From NCBI GenBank assembly GCA_903872345.1, contig CAIQKM010000174.1:8019-72018 (forward strand): a stretch of DNA of 64,000 bases. Reading direction: 5' to 3'. The translations under genes and the position numbers were made by a program. This document shows, one piece after another, positions 15,443 to 23,388 of the stretch. Each line of letters begins with the position of its first letter. Positions within the stretch are counted from its first letter, which is position 1. Below the pieces are notes generated by a model. It saw only the letters and a program-made list of their open reading frames with translations. It did no database searches and had not been told where the DNA came from. Origin of the DNA: an uncultured Verrucomicrobia subdivision 3 bacterium. GTDB lineage: Bacteria; Verrucomicrobiota; Verrucomicrobiia; Limisphaerales; UBA11358.

Positions 15443-16636
15443 TTAACTCTTAAATGGCGCGAGCAATTCGCGTTTCAGTTCCACGCCAAAGCCGGGTTTG
15501 TTCGGGTCGAGCGTTACTTTGCCGTTCACCGGCAGCGGCTCGCCTTCGAGCACGCTGAAGATCGGCTGGATGTCCCTGCCTTCGCCAACGGAGAGGAACT
15601 CGGCATAGGGCGAATTCGTGTTGGCCATGACGAAATGATAATTATAAACCGATGAACCATGCGGGATGACCGGCATGTCGTACGGCTTGGCCATCGCCGC
15701 GATCCAGCGTGTGGGCGTATAGCCGCCGCACCATTGCATCTCCGGCTGAATGATGTCCGTGGCGTGGTTGTGGATGATGTCGTGAAACGCCTTCGGATGA
15801 TATTCGAGGTTGCCGGTGGCCAGCAGAATGGGCGAAATGCGATCACGCAGGATGCGATTGCTCTCCGTCGCCCAGCCGTTTTGCAGCGGGTCTTCAAACC
15901 ACTTCACATCATAATCGCGGACGCGTTCGGCCACGCGCATGGTAAACTCGATGTCCCACGAGAGATAGCAATCAATCATGATCTCCATGTCGTCACCGAG
16001 GCCGCTGCGGAGTTTGCCGATGAGCTTTTCCATTTTCTTGATGCCTTCGCGCCCGCTTTCCACGCCCCAGGGCGCGGCAATTTTGACACCGAGAAACCCG
16101 CGATCGCGCCATGAGTCCACATAATCGGGGTGAATCGTGACGTAGCAGGGAATGGCTTCCTTCGTCTGGCCGCCGATGATTTTATAGACCGGCAGTTTCT
16201 GCGCCTTGGCCACCAGATCATAGAGCGCCAGATCCACCCCGGCCATCGCCATGCTGGTGACGCCGCCCAGACCATACGGCAACGTCGAGCGGTTCATCTG
16301 ATCCCAAATGAGTTCAATGTTGTAGGGGTCCTGCCCGATGAGGAAACGCTTGAAATGTTTTTCGATGATGGCGCAGGCAAATTCACCGCCGCCGTAATTC
16401 GCGCAGAATCCGCTCACGCCGTCGTCGGTGAAAATTTCAATGACGAACGGGTCCTGTCCCCCGCCCATCCACAGCGAGCGAACGCGCGAATACTTCGGGT
16501 GGACGGACATGGGATTGGAAATCAACGTCTGCGCCTGCCAGCCCCCGCCCCAGTATTGCGATTCGCCCACGGCCGCGCCCCGCGCGCCGGTGTCGCCGGA
16601 TTTGATGGTATAAAGTTTGATGTCGGTGATTTTCAT
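15443..16636 (-). CDS. Enolase-superfamily (mandelate racemase / muconate lactonizing enzyme) sugar-acid dehydratase, L-rhamnonate-dehydratase-like
   Basis: The C-terminal region (IPHGSSVYNYHFVMANTNSPYAEFL...PVNGKVTLDPNKPGFGVELKRE) closely parallels recalled E. coli YfaW/RhmD. There is a 2-nt gap to the next gene. Confidence 0.8.
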   Translation of the reverse strand: MKITDIKLYTIKSGDTGARGAAVGESQYWGGGWQAQTLISNPMSVHPKYSRVRSLWMGGGQDPFVIEIFTDDGVSGFCANYGGGEFACAIIEKHFKRFLIGQDPYNIELIWDQMNRSTLPYGLGGVTSMAMAGVDLALYDLVAKAQKLPVYKIIGGQTKEAIPCYVTIHPDYVDSWRDRGFLGVKIAAPWGVESGREGIKKMEKLIGKLRSGLGDDMEIMIDCYLSWDIEFTMRVAERVRDYDVKWFEDPLQNGWATESNRILRDRISPILLATGNLEYHPKAFHDIIHNHATDIIQPEMQWCGGYTPTRWIAAMAKPYDMPVIPHGSSVYNYHFVMANTNSPYAEFLSVGEGRDIQPIFSVLEGEPLPVNGKVTLDPNKPGFGVELKRELLAPFKS

Positions 16637-16752
16637 GTTGATTTAGGCGGACAGTGTACGGGCGGGAGAACGGCAAACAAATGGAGGCAATGACTTAAAA
16701 AGTGGACTTTTTGCCAAAGCCGTCCATGCCACCTTCCAGAACCAGCAAAGGG

Positions 16753-17646
16753 TTACGCCTTTTTACTGCGGTTACGCCATTGGCTGGGCGTGACATTCAG
16801 TTTTTGGCGGAACAGGCGGGAGAAATAGTGTTCATCCTGAAATCCGGTCTGCACGGCGATTTCTTTGACGGTGAGACGGCTGCCCGCGAGCAAGTTGCGG
16901 GCCCGCACGAGTCGCATTTCCAGCAGATACTGGTGCGGGGCCAGCCCGGTGTGCGTAACAAAGGCGGTGCGGAACCAACTGTAGCTGACCCCCAGTTCCT
17001 GGGCCAGCGTCTTCATGTCCAACTCGCCGCCCAAGTCGCCCTCCAAGCGGGCAATCGCCTGCCCCACCGCATTTGAGCGCGGATTCTCCGTTTCCAGGGA
17101 AGCTTGCTGGGCGGAATAGCAGAGGCCAACCAGGTTGGCAGCGGCGCCCGCCAGAATTTGTTGCAGCGCGGGACGGGTGGCGCGGACGGCTTGGATCATC
17201 CGGCTGAACGTGGCGAGCATGGTGTCCTCGGCATTCACCTTGATCACGGGTTTGGCGGCCGAAATGAATTTGCTTTTGCGCCAGTTGCGCGCGGTGACAC
17301 CGTCGAAACCAATCCAATATTCATGCCAGCCGGTTTGCGCATCCGGCTGGTAACGATGCCAGACGCCGGGGAACAGCAGAAACACGTTGCCGGACTCAAC
17401 GGGCAAGTGGATGTCGCCGTCCGACTCGAAATGTCCCCGGCCGCCGGAAACATAAACCAGGGCAAAACTGTCCAGCACCCGGCCGTGTTGCCAGTCAAAG
17501 GCATATCCTTTGGGATGTCCCACCGGCGGATAGGGTGCCTGCGGGGGAACGCGGGTCTCACCGATGGTGGTCACGAACAGGCCCCATTTTCGGTCACGGT
17601 CGCTGACGGGAAAATAGCGATGGAACGAAAAAAAATTGGTATTCAC
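16753..17646 (-). CDS. AraC-family transcriptional regulator
   Basis: N-terminal cupin-like domain and C-terminal HTH (VKEIAVQTGFQDEHYFSRLFRQKLNVTPSQWR). It lies immediately upstream of the sugar-acid operon and reads in the same direction. Confidence 0.9.
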   Translation of the reverse strand: MNTNFFSFHRYFPVSDRDRKWGLFVTTIGETRVPPQAPYPPVGHPKGYAFDWQHGRVLDSFALVYVSGGRGHFESDGDIHLPVESGNVFLLFPGVWHRYQPDAQTGWHEYWIGFDGVTARNWRKSKFISAAKPVIKVNAEDTMLATFSRMIQAVRATRPALQQILAGAAANLVGLCYSAQQASLETENPRSNAVGQAIARLEGDLGGELDMKTLAQELGVSYSWFRTAFVTHTGLAPHQYLLEMRLVRARNLLAGSRLTVKEIAVQTGFQDEHYFSRLFRQKLNVTPSQWRNRSKKA

Positions 17647-17790
17647 AGGCTGTTAACAATGGTGCCTGCGCTGCCGGCGGGGAATCAAGGAAAAATCATT
17701 TTGTCCACGCCGAATGTCAAATTATCCATTGGCGAAAACAAATGGTCGGTGTTAAATGCTTGTGTACCCATGTCGTAATCTACCTGCACT

Positions 17791-17816
17791 GAGCTGTTCA
17801 CCGAGTAGAACAGCTC
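17791..17816. promoter_or_regulatory. Palindromic site upstream of the giant protein gene
   Basis: GAGCTGTTC-accgagta-GAACAGCTC is a perfect 9-bp inverted repeat, 37 nt upstream of ATG 17853. It sits in the AT-richer divergent region shared with the AraC gene. Confidence 0.4.
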
Positions 17817-17852
17817 ATTGCTAGCAACATAACCCATAATACCCAGAAGCTA

Positions 17853-20800
17853 ATGAAAATCATAAAACAGTCCATCTTGGCCGCGCTCGCCGTCCTCTCG
17901 TTGGTGAACGTCTCCTTTGCCAATCTCGTCGGCAATTACACCGCCGACACCAACACCCTGTTCCTGCTGCACTTTGACCAGTCAGCCGGCGGTTCCGTGG
18001 TCACCAATTATGGTACCAAGGGCGGGTATTTTTACACCGTGAACATCACCAGTCAAACCGCGTCGAATCCGGCGGTAACGACAATGCTAGGAGCACCTTC
18101 TTATGCGAGTGGCCCCACCAATTTTAACTTTGCCATGACCAATGGAACGGGGTCTTTCAATATGTGCGGCTTTGATTTCAATAATAATGGCGCATTTAAC
18201 GCTTATGGCGAGTCGATGAAAATGACCAATCTGGACATTGGAAACGGGGGGCAGTCGCCGTTTACGCTGGAAGCCGTCGTCTGTCCCAACAACATTAACG
18301 CCGGGGAAATCATCTGCACGGACAATGGCGCCTCGGGCGGTCCGGCCAGGGCATTTCTGTTCCGCATGGCCAGCAGCCAAATACAATTTCAATTTGTCAA
18401 CGGATCGCAATCCACTTCGGCCAATATTCCCGCCACGGGCAACGATGCCTTTGTAGCGGGCAACTGGTATCACGTCGCCCTGACTTATGACGGTACGACG
18501 GCGACGATTTACTGGACCTTGCTCAATGGAACCAACGGCGCCGCGCACGTTTTGGGCACACAGACGCTCGCCCTCGGCACCACGCAAGGCGGGACCCTCG
18601 GCGGGCTGGCCATCGGTGGCAGCCCCCGGGCCTCCTCGGCATCGGAAACGTTTCAGGGCAGAATTGACGAAGTTCGCATCAGCAGCGTGGCGCGCGGTTC
18701 CGGCCAGATGCAGTTTTATTCACCGCAAGTATCCATCACGCAAAATCCGGTGAGCCAAAACGTGGACTACAACCAGCCGGCGACCTTCACCGCCGGCGCT
18801 GCCAGCCAGTTTCCGTTGAGCTTTCAATGGCGCTTTAATTCCAACTCCATTGCTGGCGCGACCAATACCTCCTATGTCATCACCAATATTGCGGCGGCAA
18901 ATGCCGGCTACTATGACTGCGTGGTGACCAACACCATTGGTTACACGAACGTGACGACCGAGGCCTATGTCGTTGTCGGGGCGGCAAATTTTCTGGCCAA
19001 CCGTTACAGTTTCAACACCAACTGGGTGGATCCTGCCAGCGGTTTGACCGTCACGCCCGACAGCATCGGCGGGCAAAACGGCACCAACTTTGGGAATGCC
19101 ACTGAGAGCGGTGGCTATTTGGTATTGGATGGCACGGCCAACACATACCTGAATCTCCCGAAAAATTTGTTCAACAGCGCGAACGCGGGTGCCCTTACCG
19201 TTGAGTTTTGGGCAAGCTTTGGCGCAAATACTGCGAATGCCGATGTCTTCTACTTTGGCTACACTAATTATGTTCTGGGGACGCTAAACGCCAACAACTG
19301 TATTTATTATTCCGAAAATACATCTGGCGGACAGGTGGCGGCAGATGTTAACGGCTTTGCCCAATCGGTCACAGCCAGCGGCACACTGGACAACCATACC
19401 GTTCACATTGCCGTAGTCTACGACGCGCCGGATTCACTGATGGCCGTCTACACGAACGGCGTGCTGGAAGCGGTCAACACCAACTTTACGGCCGCCATTT
19501 CCGGGCTGAACGACGTGTTTTCATATATTGGCGGATCGGTTCTCCCCTCCAATCCTGAGCTCGTCGCGAACATTAAGGAGTTTCGCATTTTCCGCGGAGC
19601 GCTATCTCCCATCAGCATTCTCCAGAGCCAGGTGCAAGGCCCGGACATCCCGCTTGCCGGCGGTCCGGCTTCGTTCTTGGCACAGCCGAGCAACACCACC
19701 GTCCCCTTGGGACAACCGGCGACTTTCTCGGTGGCTACTTTGGGTTATCTGCCCATCACCTACCAGTGGTATGAAAATGGCGCCCCGATTGCCGGGGCGA
19801 CAAATTACTCTTACACCTACACTCCGCCGCCGGGAGACAATGGAGCGACTTTCTACTGCCATGCCACCAATACCATTGGCACGACCACTTATTTGACCAA
19901 CAGTGCGAGCGCGACCTTGACGATTTACGTTCCGCCCACCCTTGCCTGGCTGGGAACATCTGATGGTGGGGCGGATAATACTTGGAATACCACCTCACTG
20001 GACTGGACGAATGATTTGGCTGGCGGCGGGATCATCACCTTTACCCAGACCAACGGCGTCTTGTTTGACGATCGCAGCGGCGGCGGCGCCGTGGATCTCG
20101 AATCCGCCATCACGCCATACAATATCACCGTTAATGCCACGTCTGGCTATACATTGACTTCCAGCGGCAGCGCCGGTTCGCTCAATGGCCCGAGTGCGCT
20201 TAACATCCAGAATACCGGCACCTTCACGATTGATCTTACCAACAACCTGACCGGTCCGGTGACCATCTCCGCCGGCAAATTGCAAATCGGCAACGATGAT
20301 TCTGCCGGCACCTTGGGGAGCGGCGTGGTGACTAACAACGCCACCCTGTCGCTCAACCGCGGTGACACGATCCTCAATGTCGGTAATACCATCCACGGCA
20401 ACGGCATCTTGAGCATGGACGGCGGTGGGGCGGTCACAATTTCCGGCAATAGCGACTACACCGGGGCGACGCTGATCAACGCGGGCGTCACTTATCTGAC
20501 CAGCGCGACCGGCCTCGGCTCCTCGGCTTCCCCAACGACGGTTGCCAGCGGGGCGTTGCTCTATGTTACGGCCAATATCAATCTCGCCAATAATCTCACG
20601 CTGAGTGGCGGCGCGCTCGAAAAGGGCGGCGGTGGTTTGACCGTTGAGACCGCGCCCGTCACGCTCGCCGCCGACTCGGCCATCAACCTGGACGGCGGAG
20701 CGACACTGGTGTTGAGCAACACCATAAGTGGCAGCTTTAACCTCACTGCCGGCGGCAGCACCAGCGGCACCCTGACGTTGACCACCAACAGCACCATCGG

Positions 20801-21959
20801 CGGCTTTACCCTCAATGGTCCGGTGGTGAATGTCGGCAGTTCCGGTGCGCTGGGCACGGGGACGGTGGCGGTCAGCGGGCCGGGCCGCTTTGTTCTGGCT
20901 ACCGGGATCAATGTGGCCAACGCCGTGAATGCCACTACGGTTACACCCGGCGCAGTAACCGGCTTAATCATGGTGAATGATAACACCAACGGTACGGTCA
21001 CAACCGTCAGCGGCCCGATTATGTTCGGTGCAGCGGCGGCCAATGGCGGCAACTTTGCGGGACCGACAAGTTCCGGATATTTGAATGTGGTCGGGCCGGT
21101 TACCGCCTCCGGTTTGGCGATTAGCGTGCGCTATGGCAATGCTCGTTTCTCTGGCGGTGGAAATTACAACGAACTGCAGATCCGGGCTAACACCACCAGC
21201 CTTGGAGCTCCCAACGGCATCTGCACCAATGCCGACGTTGACCTCGCCGGCAACGGCAGCCCGACGGTTCCGACTTATCTTGATTTGAACGGATTCAACC
21301 AGACTATTGCCGGGCTGAATAGCGCAGTCACCCCCGCCAACCTCGGCTTGGTGACCAACAGCAGCGCGACGCTCAAGACGCTGACACTCAATCCCGGCGC
21401 TGGATACAGTTATTCCTTCAACGGCGGAGTCGTTGGCAACATCGCCCTCGTGCTGAATTCCGGCCAGCAGATCTTCACCGGCACGGTTGGCACCAATGCC
21501 TACACCGGTAACACCACGGTCAACGGCGGCACCTTGGGACTGGCGAACGCGACGATCGCCACCAATTCCACTGTTGCCATTGCCACCAACGCGATATTGC
21601 AACTGGACTTCCCGACCACCAACCAGATTGCCGCGCTGGTGTTAAACGGCGTCAGCCAGGCGGCGGGCGTCTATAATAGCACCACCAGTTCGTCATTCAT
21701 CGCGGGCTCCGGCAGCTTGCTGGTCGTGCCGCCGGTCAACACCATGCCAACCAACATCATCGCCACGGTCAGCGGCAGCACGCTCACCTTGTCCTGGCCG
21801 GCCGACCACACCGGCTGGTGGTTGCAGGCGCAGACCAACTCCCTGAGCTCCGGTATTGGCACCAATTGGGTTAACATGCCGAACACCAGCGGCACCAATT
21901 CGTACAGCGTCACCATTGATCCGACGGCTCCGACGGTCTTCTACCGACTCGCGGATTAA
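17853..21959 (+). CDS. Giant secreted protein: 2x LamG/ConA-like, 2x Ig-like, autotransporter-associated beta-strand repeats, and a C-terminal FYRL module
   Basis: Signal peptide MKIIKQSILAALAVLSLVNVSFA. LamG hallmarks IDEVRISS and IKEFRIFRGAL. Ig-like YDCVVTNTIG and FYCHATNTIG. Long PATR-type repeat run (GTLGSG..TNNATLSLN, SGNSDYTGATLINAG). C-terminus LSWPADHTGWWLQAQTNSL...VFYRLAD. Confidence 0.9.
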   Translation: MKIIKQSILAALAVLSLVNVSFANLVGNYTADTNTLFLLHFDQSAGGSVVTNYGTKGGYFYTVNITSQTASNPAVTTMLGAPSYASGPTNFNFAMTNGTGSFNMCGFDFNNNGAFNAYGESMKMTNLDIGNGGQSPFTLEAVVCPNNINAGEIICTDNGASGGPARAFLFRMASSQIQFQFVNGSQSTSANIPATGNDAFVAGNWYHVALTYDGTTATIYWTLLNGTNGAAHVLGTQTLALGTTQGGTLGGLAIGGSPRASSASETFQGRIDEVRISSVARGSGQMQFYSPQVSITQNPVSQNVDYNQPATFTAGAASQFPLSFQWRFNSNSIAGATNTSYVITNIAAANAGYYDCVVTNTIGYTNVTTEAYVVVGAANFLANRYSFNTNWVDPASGLTVTPDSIGGQNGTNFGNATESGGYLVLDGTANTYLNLPKNLFNSANAGALTVEFWASFGANTANADVFYFGYTNYVLGTLNANNCIYYSENTSGGQVAADVNGFAQSVTASGTLDNHTVHIAVVYDAPDSLMAVYTNGVLEAVNTNFTAAISGLNDVFSYIGGSVLPSNPELVANIKEFRIFRGALSPISILQSQVQGPDIPLAGGPASFLAQPSNTTVPLGQPATFSVATLGYLPITYQWYENGAPIAGATNYSYTYTPPPGDNGATFYCHATNTIGTTTYLTNSASATLTIYVPPTLAWLGTSDGGADNTWNTTSLDWTNDLAGGGIITFTQTNGVLFDDRSGGGAVDLESAITPYNITVNATSGYTLTSSGSAGSLNGPSALNIQNTGTFTIDLTNNLTGPVTISAGKLQIGNDDSAGTLGSGVVTNNATLSLNRGDTILNVGNTIHGNGILSMDGGGAVTISGNSDYTGATLINAGVTYLTSATGLGSSASPTTVASGALLYVTANINLANNLTLSGGALEKGGGGLTVETAPVTLAADSAINLDGGATLVLSNTISGSFNLTAGGSTSGTLTLTTNSTIGGFTLNGPVVNVGSSGALGTGTVAVSGPGRFVLATGINVANAVNATTVTPGAVTGLIMVNDNTNGTVTTVSGPIMFGAAAANGGNFAGPTSSGYLNVVGPVTASGLAISVRYGNARFSGGGNYNELQIRANTTSLGAPNGICTNADVDLAGNGSPTVPTYLDLNGFNQTIAGLNSAVTPANLGLVTNSSATLKTLTLNPGAGYSYSFNGGVVGNIALVLNSGQQIFTGTVGTNAYTGNTTVNGGTLGLANATIATNSTVAIATNAILQLDFPTTNQIAALVLNGVSQAAGVYNSTTSSSFIAGSGSLLVVPPVNTMPTNIIATVSGSTLTLSWPADHTGWWLQAQTNSLSSGIGTNWVNMPNTSGTNSYSVTIDPTAPTVFYRLAD

Positions 21960-21994
21960 TGGATAGATGAAATTGGCCCAATGCCCGGCATGTC

Positions 21995-22024
21995 GGGGTG
22001 AAAAACCACAATATTTTTCACCCC
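21995..22024. terminator. Hairpin between convergent genes (candidate bidirectional terminator)
   Basis: GGGGTGAAAAA-ccacaata-TTTTTCACCCC has an 11-bp perfect stem. It lies between the stops at 21959 (+) and 22059 (-). Confidence 0.5.
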
Positions 22025-22058
22025 GTAATATTTCGCCGCCAGCCAACCGGCGCGCCCT

Positions 22059-22715
22059 TCATTCGGCGACGGCGGCGTTGGGGATGTGCGTGAACTTGGC
22101 GACCGCCTGCGAGCGCGACCGGACGTGCAATTTCTCGTAAATCCGCCGGATGTGCGTGTTGACCGTCGGCACGCTAATGTGCAGCGCCTCGGCGATTTCC
22201 TTGTAAAGGTAGCCGCGCGCGAGCAGTTCCAAAACCTCGCGTTCGCGCGGCGACAGATTGTCCGGCTCCGCCGGCGAAGGGTTAAACCGCTGGAACGACT
22301 GGACGATTTTGCGCGCAATGTTGCTGCTCATCGGCGAACCGCCGGCATGGACGTCTTTGATGGCGGTCAGCAGTTCGGCGCGCGGCGTACGTTTCAGCAT
22401 ATAGCCGCTGGCGCCGGAGGACAGCGCCTTGAAGATATGATCGGGGTCTTCATAGACCGTCAGCATCACAAACTGCGTGTCCGGCATCTGCGGCTTGAGG
22501 CGGCGGACACACTCAATGCCGCTCATGCCCGGCATGTTAATGTCCATCAGCACCACGGAAGGCTTCTCGCCCGGCAGGGCGGCGAGCGCGACTTCGGCGT
22601 TTTCATGCACCCCGACGCATTTGAAGCCCTCGGCGCCCCGCACCCAATCGGTCAAAATCCCGCGCGCGGGCGCGTCGTCATCCACAATGGAAACGGTGAT
22701 GTTCACGGGCTCCAT
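22059..22715 (-). CDS. Response regulator, NarL/FixJ (LuxR HTH) family
   Basis: REC domain (SIVDDDAPAR...VLMDINMPGMSG...) plus LuxR HTH (LSPREREVLELLARGYLYKEIAEALHISVPTVNTHIRRIYEKLHV). The start chosen is ATG 22715 (MEPVNITV); the track ORF extends to 22904. Confidence 0.92.
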   Translation of the reverse strand: MEPVNITVSIVDDDAPARGILTDWVRGAEGFKCVGVHENAEVALAALPGEKPSVVLMDINMPGMSGIECVRRLKPQMPDTQFVMLTVYEDPDHIFKALSSGASGYMLKRTPRAELLTAIKDVHAGGSPMSSNIARKIVQSFQRFNPSPAEPDNLSPREREVLELLARGYLYKEIAEALHISVPTVNTHIRRIYEKLHVRSRSQAVAKFTHIPNAAVAE

Positions 22716-22875
22716 TTTAGCCCGAACGCGCGGGGAAAGATTGTCGTTAGTTTTCACGATATGGGCGGCTGGCGGGCATGGTTTGAATACCATCACCATA
22801 CGACTGAAACTCAACCACGGCAAATGCAAACGCCGCAAAAAGAACGGCCGGTCAAAAAAGGCGGGAACGTAATGG

Positions 22876-23388
22876 TCACGGCAGCGGCGGGCCCGGTTTG
22901 ACACGGTAAAAACGCCGGGGCGCCGTGGAATTGGTATCCTTCCAGTTGAATGGCAGGACGGGTGAATTGGTGATGAACACGCTGCTCCACTGCGCCAGGT
23001 TGGTGGACACTAGAATCTCGTAATCGGGACCGCTCTGGCCGACGACCTGAAAGCTGAGCTGGTTGCCGGCGACGGAAACATTGCCGATACCCACCGACGT
23101 GAGCGGATTGACGGCGATATAAAAACTTTGCGTGGCACTCAAGACGGGCGAGCCGTTGTCGGAGACTTTCAGCGTAAAATTGTTGGTCAAATTCGCCTGC
23201 GTAACGAGCGGCCGGAAGGAAAACGCGCCGCTGTTGGTGTTCAGTGTGGCGTTGGTGGCGCCGGCAAGCAGCGCATAGGTCAGCGGCGGCGGCGGCTGGT
23301 TGGTGTCCGTGGCGCTGGCGGTGAAGGCGACGGTCTGGCCGACGTTCACCGTGCGATTGGCAATGGCCGCGAGCACGGGCGGCGTGTT
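22876..23388 (-). repeat. Shared C-terminal module (170 aa: cadherin-like plus FYRV domain), copy 1
   Basis: Collinear with 26493..27005 at both DNA and protein level: NTPPVL.AI.NRTVNVGQTVAFT...SGPDYEIL.STNLAQWSSVFITNSPVLPFNWKDTNST.P.RFYRVK.GPPLP. Confidence 0.9.

Noticed and set aside
16697-16712. The AT-rich palindrome AAAAAGT-gg-ACTTTTT between the AraC gene and the sugar-acid operon.
   Set aside because: It is short and low in complexity, and could arise by chance in an AT-rich spacer. It is not strong enough to call as an operator or terminator.
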